Assembly (NCBI GenBank): GCA_047602405.1
Contig: JASGHJ010000002.1
Location: 1,024,001-1,088,000, forward strand
DNA from: Anaeromyxobacteraceae bacterium
Lineage (GTDB): Bacteria > Myxococcota > Myxococcia > Myxococcales > Anaeromyxobacteraceae
Length of the DNA: 64,000 nucleotides
Reading direction: 5' to 3'
The notes under the pieces are model-generated. The model was not told the DNA's origin. It saw only the letters and a list, made by a program, of their open reading frames with translations, and did not search any database. Each line of letters starts with the position of its first letter. The first letter of the stretch is position 1. A program made the position numbers and the translations under genes. Shown here one piece after another: positions 51,265 through 61,417 of the stretch.

Positions 51265-53174
51265 TTGTAGCTCCGCTGCGCGAGGTGGATGTTCTCGAAC
51301 TCCAGCTTCTCCTTGTGCACGACCGGCGCGGCCTTCTCGCCCTTCCACTCCCAGGCGGCCGCGTAGGCGTACTCGGCGTCGTTGCGCTGGGCCTCGCCGT
51401 CCGGGGTCTGGTACTCGACCCGGAAGTGGCCGCCGCAGCTCTCGTTCCGCTCGAGCGCGTCCCGGCACATGAGCTCGCCGAGCTCGATGAAGTCGGCGAC
51501 GCGCCCGGCCGCCTCGAGCTGCTGGTTGAGCTCCTGGCCGCTGCCGACCACCCGGACCTCCTTCCAGAAGCGCTCGCGCAGCTCCGGGATGACCGAGAGG
51601 GCGTGGGTGAGGCTCTCCTTCGTGCGGGCCATGCCGCAGTCGTTCCACATCGTCTTGCCGAGCTCGCGCCAGAGCTCGTCGGGGCTCTTCTTGCCGTTCA
51701 CCCCGAGGAGCCGGTCGGTGCGGGCCTTCACCTCGCGCTCGGCGTCCTTCACGGCCGGGTGGGAGGTGTCGAGCTTCGAGATGCCGCCCGAGGCGAGGTA
51801 GTGGCCGACGGTGTACGGCAGCACGAAGTAGCCGTCCGCGAGCCCCTGCATGAGCGCCGAGGCGCCGAGGCGGTTCGCGCCGTGGTCGGAGAAGTTCGCC
51901 TCACCGCCCACGAACAGGCCGGGCACGTTGCTCATCAGGTCGTAGTCCACCCACAGGCCGCCCATCGTGTAGTGGACGGCGGGGTAGATGCGCATCGGGA
52001 CCTTGACCGGGTCCTCGCCGGTGATGCGCTCGTACATCTCGAACAGGTTGCCGTAGCGCTCGGCGAGCACCTTCGCGCCGAGGCGCTGCTTCGCCGCGCC
52101 GAAGTCCAGGTAGACGCCGAGGCCGCCCGGGCCGACGCCGCGCCCCTCGTCGCAGACGTTCTTCGCCTGGCGGGAGGAGATGTCGCGCGGCGCGAGGTTG
52201 CCGTAGGTCGGGTAGATCCGCTCGAGGTAGTAGTCGCGCTCGTCCTCGGGGATCTGGTCCGGCGGGCGGGTGTCGCCCTTCTTCTTCGGCACCCACACCC
52301 GGCCGTCGTTGCGGAGCGACTCGGACATGAGCGTCAGCTTCGACTGGTAGTCGCCGGACTGGGGGATGCAGGTCGGGTGGATCTGCGTGTAGCAGGGGTT
52401 CGCGAAGTAGGCGCCCTTGCGGTGCGCGCGCCAGATGGCGGTGGCGTTCGAGCCCTTCGCGTTCGTGGAGAGGTAGAAGACGTTGCCGTAGCCGCCGGTC
52501 GCGAGCACCACCGCGTCGGCGACGAACGACTCGATCTTGCCGGTGACGAGGTCGCGGACCACGACGCCGCGGGCGCGGCCGTCGACCACGATGAGCTCGA
52601 GCATCTCGGTGCGCACGAACTGCTTCACCGTCCCGGCCGCGACCTGCCGCTGCAGCCCGGAGTAGGCGCCGAGGAGGAGCTGCTGGCCGGTCTGCCCGCG
52701 CGCGTAGAACGTGCGGGAGACGAGCGCGCCGCCGAAGGAGCGGTTGGCGAGCGCGCCGCCGTACTCGCGGGCGAACGGGACGCCCTGGGCGACGCACTGG
52801 TCGATGATGTTCAGGGACAGCTCGGCGAGGCGGTAGACGTTCGCCTCGCGGGCGCGGAAGTCGCCGCCCTTGATGGTGTCGTAGAACAGCCGGTAAACGG
52901 AGTCGCCGTCGTTCTGGTAGCTCTTCGCCGCGTTGATGCCGCCCTGCGCGGCGATGGAGTGCGCGCGGCGGGGCGAGTCCTGGAAGCAGAAGTTGAGGAC
53001 GTTGTAGCCGAGCTCGCCGAGCGAGGCGGCCGCGGCGCCGCCGGCGAGGCCGGTGCCGACGACGATGACGGTGTACTTCCGCTTGTTGGCGGGGTTCACC
53101 AGCTTCATCTCGAACTTGCGCTGCGACCACATCTTGTCGATCGGGCCCGAGGGGATCCTGGAGTCGAGTGCCAT
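51261..53174 (-). CDS. sdhA: Succinate dehydrogenase/fumarate reductase flavoprotein subunit
   Basis: [45 protein letters not shown]. Confidence 0.97.
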   Translation of the reverse strand: MALDSRIPSGPIDKMWSQRKFEMKLVNPANKRKYTVIVVGTGLAGGAAAASLGELGYNVLNFCFQDSPRRAHSIAAQGGINAAKSYQNDGDSVYRLFYDTIKGGDFRAREANVYRLAELSLNIIDQCVAQGVPFAREYGGALANRSFGGALVSRTFYARGQTGQQLLLGAYSGLQRQVAAGTVKQFVRTEMLELIVVDGRARGVVVRDLVTGKIESFVADAVVLATGGYGNVFYLSTNAKGSNATAIWRAHRKGAYFANPCYTQIHPTCIPQSGDYQSKLTLMSESLRNDGRVWVPKKKGDTRPPDQIPEDERDYYLERIYPTYGNLAPRDISSRQAKNVCDEGRGVGPGGLGVYLDFGAAKQRLGAKVLAERYGNLFEMYERITGEDPVKVPMRIYPAVHYTMGGLWVDYDLMSNVPGLFVGGEANFSDHGANRLGASALMQGLADGYFVLPYTVGHYLASGGISKLDTSHPAVKDAEREVKARTDRLLGVNGKKSPDELWRELGKTMWNDCGMARTKESLTHALSVIPELRERFWKEVRVVGSGQELNQQLEAAGRVADFIELGELMCRDALERNESCGGHFRVEYQTPDGEAQRNDAEYAYAAAWEWKGEKAAPVVHKEKLEFENIHLAQRSYK

Positions 53175-53189
53175 GGTGGTGTCGTCTCC

Positions 53190-53903
53190 CTAGGCGACGA
53201 GGCCGAAGAGGATCGCGAGCGGGACGGCGGAGAAGCCGACCGCGAGGAGGACCGCGAAGAAGATGGCCGCCCTCTGGATGCCGGGCGCCACGTCGCGGTG
53301 CGCGAAGCCGAGGGACTGCGTCACCGACCAGAGCCCGTGCCAGAGGTGGAAGCCGAGGCCGACCACCGCGGCGACGTAGAAGGCGCCCACCACGCCGCGC
53401 GAGAGGCTCGCGACGAGGTTCGCGAACACCGAGCCCTCGCGGAAGTCGCCGGTGGCGACGCCCGGGACGCCGACGGTGAGGTCGGCGAGGTGGAAGAGCA
53501 CGAAGAGCAGGATCAGGAGCCCGCTCACCATCATCCCGCGCGACGCCGCGCTCGAGACCTGGGGCCGGTAGTCCTGGTACGGGATCGCGCGCGCGGCCCG
53601 CTTCGCGAACCAGAGCTGGGCGCCCGCGACGACGTGGAGCAGGAACGCCGTCAGGAGCACGATCCGCGTGAACCAGAGGAACGGCATCGAGACGCGCAGG
53701 AGCTCGGCGTAGTGATCGAGCGCCGGGGCGCCCTTGAACGCTTGCAGGTTGCCCGCCATGTGCACGAGCGTGAACACGAAGAGCACCACGCCGGTGACGG
53801 CCATCACGGCCTTCTTGCCGACGGGGTTCAACCAGAGCGCCAGGAACCTCGACTGGGGAGCCGCCGAGCCTCCCGGTGATGCCATCGTCTCGGAGGAAGA
53901 CAT
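53190..53903 (-). CDS. sdhC: Succinate dehydrogenase cytochrome b subunit
   Basis: VGKKAVMAVTG, HMAGNL, five TM helices with His ligands, FHLWHG.WS..QSLG. Confidence 0.92.
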   Translation of the reverse strand: MSSSETMASPGGSAAPQSRFLALWLNPVGKKAVMAVTGVVLFVFTLVHMAGNLQAFKGAPALDHYAELLRVSMPFLWFTRIVLLTAFLLHVVAGAQLWFAKRAARAIPYQDYRPQVSSAASRGMMVSGLLILLFVLFHLADLTVGVPGVATGDFREGSVFANLVASLSRGVVGAFYVAAVVGLGFHLWHGLWSVTQSLGFAHRDVAPGIQRAAIFFAVLLAVGFSAVPLAILFGLVA

Positions 53904-54055
53904 GGTCGCGTGGTACCTCGTTCTCGAACAGGAATGTTCGGACAGCGACGGGCCGGGGGATGAAGAACTGGGACAATTCGGGTACAGGACCGAGCCCATC
54001 AAGTCAACGCACTTCGCACGCCGGCGCTGGCTTCGGCGCGAGGGGAGATCCTTGG

Positions 54056-54637
54056 ATGCAGCGCGTCTGTGTGTTCTGCGGTTCACGCACCGGGAGTAAG
54101 ACCGCTTACACCGCGTCCGCGCGGGCGATGGGCCAGGCGCTCGCGCGACGAGGTCTCGGTCTCGTCTACGGCGGCGGATCGAACGGGCTCATGGGCGCGC
54201 TCGCCGACGCGGCGCTCGCGGCGGGCGGCGAGGTCGTCGGGATCATCCCCGGCGGGCTCGTCGCGCGCGAGGTCGGGCACCACGGCGTGACGCGCCTCGA
54301 GGTGGTCCCGAGCATGCACGCGCGCAAGGCGCGGATGGCGGAGCTCGCGGACGGGTTCGTCGCGCTGCCCGGCGGCGTCGGCACGCTCGAGGAGCTCGCC
54401 GAGATCATGACCTGGGCGATCCTCGGCATGCACGCGAAGCCCGTCGGGCTCCTCGACGTCGAGGGGTTCTACGCGCCGCTCGTCGGCTTCCTCGACCACG
54501 CGGAGCGCGAGGGCTTCCTCGCCGAGGAGCAGCGCCGGTTCCTCCTCGTCGAGCGCGACCCCGGGGCGCTCCTCGAGCGGATGTCCGCCTTCGTGCCGCC
54601 GCGCGTGCAGGCCTGGATCTCCCCGAAGGAGACCTGA
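54056..54637 (+). CDS. LOG family (TIGR00730) nucleotide phosphoribohydrolase
   Basis: VCVFCGS, LVYGGG..GLMG, MHARK..M, PGGVGTLEE. Confidence 0.93.
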   Translation: MQRVCVFCGSRTGSKTAYTASARAMGQALARRGLGLVYGGGSNGLMGALADAALAAGGEVVGIIPGGLVAREVGHHGVTRLEVVPSMHARKARMAELADGFVALPGGVGTLEELAEIMTWAILGMHAKPVGLLDVEGFYAPLVGFLDHAEREGFLAEEQRRFLLVERDPGALLERMSAFVPPRVQAWISPKET

Positions 54638-54768
54638 GGGCCGGTGTGCCGGAGCGGGCGAGCGTGCCGGCCCGGCACACCCGGGAGCCCCCGGTGGGGC
54701 CCGCGCTGGCGCGTGTATTCCCTGGAGATCCCGGGTGCTTGACGCGCTCCGTCGCCGGCAGGCCCGTC

Positions 54769-54784
54769 CGGCACGGTTCTCGCT
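54769..54784 (+). promoter_or_regulatory. Putative sigma54 promoter
   Basis: CGGCACG-GTTC-TCGCT with GG-N10-GC spacing, about 40 nt upstream of ATG 54825. Confidence 0.55.
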
Positions 54785-54824
54785 GTAGGGGGTCCCCGAG
54801 CACATCACCACGGAGCCCACGCAC

Positions 54825-56057
54825 ATGATCACCGCCCTCATCCTCGCAGCCGCACTCGCCGCTCCCCCCCAGTACGACACCGTGACGACCGCGGACGGCA
54901 CCCGGCTCATCGGCACCGTGGTCGAGGAGAGCCCGACGAAGGGCATCACGATCCAGCTCGCTGACGGCTCGACCCGCCGGCTCGAGCGCGCCGAGGTCCG
55001 CCGCATCGAGTTCTCCGACGGCTCCATCACCGTCTGGGAGGCCCCGGCGCCCGCCCCGGCCGCGCCGCCTGCCCCGGCGCCCGCGCCCCAGGCCTCGCCT
55101 GCACCCCCGGCGCACCTCGACACCGTCTACTTCGCGGGCGGCGGGCGCGTGCGCGGCCGCGTGCTCGAGGAGCACCCCAAGGACGGCGTCACGATCCAGC
55201 TCGCCGACGGCACCACCCGCCACTACGCGCCGGAGGAGGTCGTCCGCATCCAGTACGGCGACGGCTCCACCTCGCGCCGCCGCAGCACGCGCTTCGACGA
55301 GGACCGTCCGGCCCCGCAGCCGCCGCCGGCCTACCCGCCGCCCATGTCGCCGCCGCCTCCGCGCCCGGTGCCGCAGCCGGTCTACACGATGCCGGCCGCC
55401 GAGGTCCCGCACCACCGGTCTGGCATCCCGCAGCTCGTCCCGGTCTACGGGTCGATCGGCGCCGGCGGGACGTGGTTCGGCGGCAGCGCCGAGGAGGGCA
55501 TCCGGATGGACGACCTCTTCCACGGGCAGTTCCACCTGCAGCTCGAGGGCGGCCTGCGCCTGACGCCTGCGGTCTCGCTCGGCATCTACCTCGAGGGCGC
55601 CGCCGGTGACACCGCCTCCCCGGTGCGCAACAGCGGCCTGTGCGGCGCGGGCTACGACTGCGTCGGCACCTCCGGCCGGATCGGCTTCTTCGCGAAGCAC
55701 ACCTGGAACCCGAACGCGCCGACCGCGACGTGGCTCTCCATCGGCACCGGCTGGGAGGCCGCCAACGTCAGCCGCAGCCTGTCGAACGGCAGCGACTGGA
55801 ACAACGACGGCAACAGCTCCGAGCTCATCACCTACCGCGGCCGCGAGATGCTCCGGCTGATGGGTGGCGTGGACTACCGCACGAGCCCCGTCCTCGGCTT
55901 CGGTTTCTACGGCGGCGTGTCGTGGGGCACCTACGACAAGGTGAACGACCGGGGCCTGTTCGCCGCGGCCGACAACACCGGCGGCGAGATCGACGTGCCC
56001 TCGTCGAAGGTCCACACCACCGTGCAGGTCGGCCTGAAGCTCATCCTGTTCCCGTAG
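54825..56057 (+). CDS. Exported protein: two small beta-domain repeats, Pro-rich linkers and a C-terminal outer-membrane beta-barrel
   Basis: Short signal peptide; repeats DTV...G.R..G.V.EE.P..G.TIQLADG.TR...EV.RI...DGS; C-terminal amphipathic strands ending VGLKLILFP. Confidence 0.75.
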   Translation: MITALILAAALAAPPQYDTVTTADGTRLIGTVVEESPTKGITIQLADGSTRRLERAEVRRIEFSDGSITVWEAPAPAPAAPPAPAPAPQASPAPPAHLDTVYFAGGGRVRGRVLEEHPKDGVTIQLADGTTRHYAPEEVVRIQYGDGSTSRRRSTRFDEDRPAPQPPPAYPPPMSPPPPRPVPQPVYTMPAAEVPHHRSGIPQLVPVYGSIGAGGTWFGGSAEEGIRMDDLFHGQFHLQLEGGLRLTPAVSLGIYLEGAAGDTASPVRNSGLCGAGYDCVGTSGRIGFFAKHTWNPNAPTATWLSIGTGWEAANVSRSLSNGSDWNNDGNSSELITYRGREMLRLMGGVDYRTSPVLGFGFYGGVSWGTYDKVNDRGLFAAADNTGGEIDVPSSKVHTTVQVGLKLILFP

Positions 56058-56069
56058 TTGCTCGGGGGG

Positions 56070-56118
56070 CGTCCCTCGACTCCGGCCCGCTGCGCGGGCC
56101 TACGCTCGGGATGAACGG
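56070..56118 (+). repeat. REP-like palindromic element, copy A
   Basis: CGTCCCTCGACTCC-GGCCCGCTGCGCGGGCC-TACGCTCGGGATGAACGG; 48/49 identical to 58414-58462. Confidence 0.85.
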
Positions 56119-56175
56119 AGACCAGCAGTGATGGGAGGCCGTCCGGCAGGCGCCGGGCGGCCTCTTCTCTTTCGT

Positions 56176-56268
56176 CCGTTCGCCCCGAGCGTCGCCCGCG
56201 CGTCTCCCAGTTTCCCTCCGTTCGCCCCGAGCGTAGCCTCCGCGCAGCGGAGGCGGAGACGAGGGGCG
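56176..56268 (-). repeat. REP-like element, inverted variant copy (56218-56268) plus partial copy (56176-56192)
   Basis: Minus strand reads CCCCTCGTCTCCGCCTCCGCTGCGCGGAGGCTACGCTCGGGGCGAACGG. Confidence 0.8.
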
Positions 56269-56270
56269 CC

Positions 56271-58825
56271 TTACAGCTTCACCCGCCGCAGCCGCAGCGC
56301 GTTCGCGATCACCGTCACCGAGCTGAAGCTCATGGCCGCCGACGCGATCATCGGCGAGAGCACCACGCCGAAGAGCGGGTAGAGCGCCCCGCCCGCGAGC
56401 GGCACGCCGGCCGCGTTGTAGAAGAACGCCCAGAAGAGGTTCTGGCGGATGTTGCGCATCGTCGCGCGCGAGAGCCGCCGCGCGCGCACGAGCGCGGCGA
56501 GGTCGCCCCGCACGAGGGTGAGGCCGGCGGACTCGATGGCGACGTCGGCGCCCGTGCCCATGGCGACGCCGACGTCGGCGGCAGCGAGGGCGGGGGCGTC
56601 GTTGATGCCGTCGCCCGCGAAGGCCACCACCTCACCGCGGGCGCGGTGCTTCGCGACGACCTCGGCCTTGCGATCGGGGAGCACCTCCGCCTCGACCTCG
56701 TCGATCCCGAGCCTCGCCGCGACCGCGCGGGCGGTCGTCCAGCTGTCGCCGGTGACCATCGCGAGCTTCAGCCCCTCGGCGTGGAGCGCCTTCACGGCCT
56801 CCGCGGCGCCCGGGCGCAGCGGGTCCACGGCCTCGAGCGCGCCCGCCGGGCGGCCGTCGACGGCGACCAGCATCGCGGTGCCGCCGTCCTTCCGGAGCTC
56901 CTCGGCGCGGGCGGCGAGCGGCCCCGCCTCGATCCCGAGCTCGGCGAGGAGCGCCGCGTTGCCGAGGGCGACCTTGCGCCCGCCAACCGTGCCCGTGACG
57001 CCCTTCCCGGGGAACGCCTTGAAGCCGACCGCCTCCACGAGCGCGAGCCCGCGGGCCACGGCCCCCGCCACCACCGCACCCGCGAGCGGGTGCTCCGAGC
57101 CGCGCTCGAGGCTCGCCGCGAGCCGGAGCACCTCGTCCTCCGCGAGCCCGTCGAGCGCGACCACGCGGCCGAGCGCGGGCTTCCCGCGGGTGAGGGTGCC
57201 GGTCTTGTCCAGCAACAGGACGCCGACCTGCTCGAACCGCTCGAGCGCCTCCGCCGACTTCACAAGCACGCCCGCGGACGCGCCGCGCCCGGTCCCGACC
57301 ATGATCGCCATCGGCGTCGCGAGCCCGAGCGCGCAGGGACAGGCGATGATGAGCACCGCCACCGCCGCGACGAGCCCGTTCGCGAGCCGCGGCTCCGGCC
57401 CGAACAGCGCCCAGAGCGCGAAGGCGAGGGCGGCCGCGCCGACCACGCCCGGTACGAACCAGCCCGAGACCACGTCGGCGAGCCGCTGGATGGGCGCGCG
57501 GCTGCGCTGCGCGTCCATGACCATCCGGACGATCTTCGAGAGCAGCGTGTCGGCCCCGACGCGCTCGGCGCGCATGACGAGGGAGCCCGTGCCGACGAGC
57601 GTGCCGCCGGTGAGCTGTGCCCCCTCCGACTTCTCCACGGGCACGGGCTCGCCGGTCACCATCGACTCGTCCACCGGCGCGTGGCCCGAGACCACCGCGC
57701 CATCGACCGGGACCTGCTCGCCGGGGCGCACGCGGAGGAGGTCGCCGGGCTTCACCTCCTCGACGGGCACGTCGGCCTCGCTGCCGTCGGGGCGGACGAG
57801 GCGGGCGGTCTTCGGCGCGAGCTTGAGGAGCGCGCGGATGGCGCCGGACACGCGCGAGCGCGCGCGCAGCTCGAGCATCTGGCCGAAGCAGACGAGCTCG
57901 ACGATGACGGCCGCCGACTCGAAGTAGACCGGTGGCGCGCCGTGCTCGAGGAACGCGGGGGGAAAAGCTCCGCCGGGAGCAGCGTCGCCGCGGCAGAGAA
58001 GAGGAACGCCGCACCGGTCCCGATCCCGATGAGCGTGAACATGTTGAGCTTCCAGGTGAGGATCGACCGCCAGGCCCGCTCGAAGAACGGGCGGCCGCCC
58101 CAGAGCACCACCGGCGCCGCGAGCGCGAGCTGGAGCCACGCGAACGCGCGGAACCCGATGGCGTGGCGGATCGACATCCCGGTCGCCATGTCGCCCATCG
58201 CGACCGCGAGCAGCACGGCGGTCGGCGCGAGGCCGCGCCAGAACCGCCGGGTCATGTCGACGAGCTCGGGGTTCGGCGGCTCCTCGGCGGACGGCATGCC
58301 GCCGACCACGAGCGGCTCGAGCCCCATGCCGCAGGTGGGGCAGGGGACCGGCGTCTTCTCCTTCACCTCGGGGCACATCGGGCAGACCCACACGACGGTG
58401 CTTCCGGGGAGCTCGTCCCTCGACTCCGGCCCGCTGCGCGGGCCTACGCTCGGGATGAGCGGCCCCACCCCCGGCGGTTTCCAGCCCGGTCCGTGCTCGA
58501 GGTAGGGCTCCGGGGTCGCCTCGAACTTCGCGAGGCACTTCGGGTTGCAGAAGAACCAGGTCTTCCCGAGGAGCTCGAGCTGGCCGCCCTTCGGCGCCTT
58601 CGGGTTCACCTCCATCCCGCAGACGGGATCGATGGCGAAGTACTTCTCCGGCTCGGCCTCGAAGCGCGCGCGGCAGGCGTCGGAGCAGAAGTGGTACGCG
58701 TAGCGGCCGCGCTTGACGGTGCCGCCGGGCGGCGACGCGGGGTCGACGTCCATCCCGCAGACGGGGTCGCGGGTCGGCGGCGGCGGGGCGGCGGGGGCGG
58801 CGGCGGGCTGGGACGCGGTCTCCAT
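56271..58825 (-). CDS. copA: Cu(+)-translocating P1B-type ATPase with two YHS and one HMBD domains; frameshifted at ~57960
   Basis: DPVCGM x2, WVCPMCP..CPTCGM and LNMFTLI in one frame; [40 protein letters not shown] and AM..SS in the next frame. Confidence 0.93.
58414..58462 (+). repeat. REP-like palindromic element, copy B, inside the copA coding sequence
   Basis: 48/49 identical to copy A; translated in the copA frame as [17 protein letters not shown]. Confidence 0.85.
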
Positions 58826-58911
58826 GGCGGCTCGCTTTCTATCAAGGCTGAGAGCCACGGGCGACCCGGAGGGGTTCCGCTTCCTCGCGATCCGTCCGGC
58901 GGCCGCTCCGC

Positions 58912-59994
58912 TCATCCGTCGAAGAGCGCGAGCTGCCCGTGCCGAGGCGGGCGCCGGAAGGTCGTCGGAGGCTCATGGGCGCAGGCGTCCGCGTCTCCCG
59001 AGAGCCCCGCCATCGGGCCCTGGCCCGCGAGCCCGAGCCGCGCCACCGTCTTCGCGAACACCGCCGCCACGGTCGCCGCGTACGGCCCCTCACCGCGGCC
59101 GCGCTTGCCGAACCGCGCGTCGTACAGCTTCCCCCCGCGGGTCTCGCGCACGAGGTGCAGGATGCGCGGCGCCGCGTCCGGGAGCGCCGCCCGGACCCGC
59201 TCCTCGAACACCGGCGCGACCGCGCCCGGGAGCCGGAGCAGGATCCAGCCGGCGCGCGCCGCGCCGGCCTCGCGCGCGGCCTCGAGCACCCGCGGCAGCT
59301 CGTGGTCGAGCCCGGGGATGACGGGCGCGACGACCACCGACGGCTCGAGGCCCGCCTCCGCGAGCCGTGCGACGAGCTCGAGGCGCGTCGCGGGCGCGGG
59401 CGCCCACGGTTCGAGCGCGCGCGCGAGCGCCGGGTCGAGGAACGGGATCGTGACCGACACCGAGACCCGGGCCTCGCGCTTCAGCGCGAGGAGCACGTCG
59501 AGGTCGCGCCCGAGGAGCGCCGACTTCGAGATGACGCCCACCGGGTTCCGGTACTCGAGGCAGACCTCGAGGAGGGCGCGGGTGAGCCGGAGCTCCGCCT
59601 CGACCGGCTGCCACGGATCGGTCACGCCGCTGAAGGCGAGCGTCTCGCCCTTCCAGGCCGGCCGCTCGAACGCGGCCCGGAGGAGCTCCGGCGCCCGCCG
59701 CTTCACGAAGAGCTGCGTGTCGAAGTCGGTGCCCGCGCCCAGCCCCAGGTACTCGTGCGTCGGCCGGGCGTAGCAGTAGGCGCAGGCGTGCTGGCAGCCG
59801 CGGTACGGGTTCACGCTCCAGGAGAAGCCGATGTCCGGGCTGTCGTTGTGCGAGAGGATCTCGCGGGTGGCGTCGTCGCGGAGGACGACGCCCACCGTGC
59901 GGGGCTCCTCGAAGTCGACGCGCTCGGAGAGGAACCGGTTCGGCGGGTTCGAGGCGGGGCGCCTGATCCCCGGCGGGCGCTCCATCCGCGGCAT
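58912..59994 (-). CDS. PA0069/Rv2578c-family radical SAM protein (SPL-like)
   Basis: SVNPYRGCQHACAYCYARP, SGVTDPWQP.E, LEP.AP....RL, C-terminal GQLALF. Confidence 0.92.
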   Translation of the reverse strand: MPRMERPPGIRRPASNPPNRFLSERVDFEEPRTVGVVLRDDATREILSHNDSPDIGFSWSVNPYRGCQHACAYCYARPTHEYLGLGAGTDFDTQLFVKRRAPELLRAAFERPAWKGETLAFSGVTDPWQPVEAELRLTRALLEVCLEYRNPVGVISKSALLGRDLDVLLALKREARVSVSVTIPFLDPALARALEPWAPAPATRLELVARLAEAGLEPSVVVAPVIPGLDHELPRVLEAAREAGAARAGWILLRLPGAVAPVFEERVRAALPDAAPRILHLVRETRGGKLYDARFGKRGRGEGPYAATVAAVFAKTVARLGLAGQGPMAGLSGDADACAHEPPTTFRRPPRHGQLALFDG

Positions 59995-60029
59995 CTCCCG
60001 GCCTCTCCCGCACGCTCGAGGGTCGCCCG

Positions 60030-61118
60030 CTACGGGCGGGCCCGCGGGCCCGCCACCCAGGGCACGGCCGACTGCTTCATCTCGTCGGAGATGAGCGCGG
60101 TGAAGGTGGCGGCGCCGCTCTGCGACGCGAAGGGCTCCACGTCCGACCCCACGACCACGTTCGCCTCGGGGTCCGTCGTGGTGAGCAGCTGCACGTACGC
60201 CTGCGCCGCGTACGAGGTGGGCAGCCCGTTCGCCACCAGCGCGCGGAAGGCGTCGAGCACGAGCTGGAACCCCGGATCGCCGACCGCGTTGCCATCGCCG
60301 TCCACGGGCTGCAGGAGAATCGGTCGCGTCCCGAGGGCGATGTCGGTGCTCGTCCAGAGCGGGTTGAGCGTGGAGACCCTGATCCCCGGCGCGGCTCCGG
60401 CGAGGACCGTGCGCAGGCCGTTGGCGTAGGCCAGCAGCGCGCGCTTGGCCGAGGTGTAGCCGTGGGCGTAGGTGATGCCCACGTCCTCACCGCCCTCGAG
60501 ATACGCCTGGACCGACGTCGTGAACAGGATGCGCGCGTAGCCGCTCGAGGAACGCGCGGCCACCGCTCGCAGCAGCGCGCTGGTCACGGCGACGTGCCCT
60601 CCGTAGAGCGTCGCGAGGGTGGTCTGGATCCCGGCGAAGTAGGTGGCGGGATCGATCGGGACGACCCCGCCCACGACGCCCCGCCCCGCGTTGTTGATCA
60701 GGATGTCGATCCCGCCCGCACCCAGGACCTCCGGACGGCTCGCCACGAGCGCGGGGAACCCCTGGAGCGACGCGGGGTCGGCGAGGTCGAGGGGCAGCAG
60801 CGGGAAGGGATGCGACGGGTAGGACAGCGGCGTCCGCGAGGTGCCGATCACCTGCACGCCGAGCGCCTGGAGCGCCCGCCCCACGGCGAGGCCGATCCCG
60901 CGGGACGCGCCGGTGATGACGGCCACCTTCCCTGCGAGGTCCACCTCCGGGGTGAAGCCGTCGCGCGGGAAGTAGCGGGGCGCCGGGCGGACCTCGAACG
61001 GCGGCGCCGCGCGGGCCTGGGCGGGGAGCGCGCTCCACAGGGCGGGAGCGGTCAACCCCGCGCCCCCCAGCGCGTTCAGGAAGTGACGTCTGCTCTGCAG
61101 GGTGGGGTGCTGCTTCAT
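60030..61118 (-). CDS. Short-chain dehydrogenase/reductase with Tat signal peptide
   Basis: GGAGG RBS then MKQHPTLQSRRHFL; TGASRGIG, LINNAG, YTSAK. Confidence 0.85.
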   Translation of the reverse strand: MKQHPTLQSRRHFLNALGGAGLTAPALWSALPAQARAAPPFEVRPAPRYFPRDGFTPEVDLAGKVAVITGASRGIGLAVGRALQALGVQVIGTSRTPLSYPSHPFPLLPLDLADPASLQGFPALVASRPEVLGAGGIDILINNAGRGVVGGVVPIDPATYFAGIQTTLATLYGGHVAVTSALLRAVAARSSSGYARILFTTSVQAYLEGGEDVGITYAHGYTSAKRALLAYANGLRTVLAGAAPGIRVSTLNPLWTSTDIALGTRPILLQPVDGDGNAVGDPGFQLVLDAFRALVANGLPTSYAAQAYVQLLTTTDPEANVVVGSDVEPFASQSGAATFTALISDEMKQSAVPWVAGPRARP

Positions 61119-61357
61119 GGGTTCCTCCGCGGAGGGCGGAGCGACGGCTCGGCGGAGGTCGAGGGTGCGTGACGGTCCGTGAAGCTCCGGCCCTCCGGCG
61201 TGGGGCCATAAGCGCGGGGCACCGCTCCCGCCGGGGCGCGGAGGCTCGTCGGGGTAGCGCTCGCGGGCTCCCTCGATCGCAGCGAACTGATCCGTCCGCA
61301 TGCCAAGCAGGGATACGGGTCGCGGTCGGGGCGGATTCGATCCGGGAGCGCCCATCA

Positions 61358-61386
61358 TCCATATCGGAACGCCCGTTCAGGTTCAA
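61358..61386 (-). promoter_or_regulatory. sigma70-like promoter with a myxobacterial LexA-like box in its spacer
   Basis: Minus strand TTGAAC-17 nt-TATGGA; plus strand 61365-61381 CGGAACGCCCGTTCAGG. Confidence 0.5.
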
Positions 61387-61417
61387 CCAGGCGCCCCGAG
61401 GCGCCCCGACGAGGGGC

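Noticed and set aside
53925..53940. CGAACA-GGAA-TGTTCG palindrome upstream of sdhC as a Gram-positive-type LexA box
   Set aside because: The spacer is 6 nt rather than 4 and it does not fit the myxobacterial motif. It may be another operator or a hairpin, but this is unsupported.
56070..56268. CRISPR array
   Set aside because: The copies are inverted or partial, not regularly spaced direct repeats with unique spacers, and no cas genes are present.
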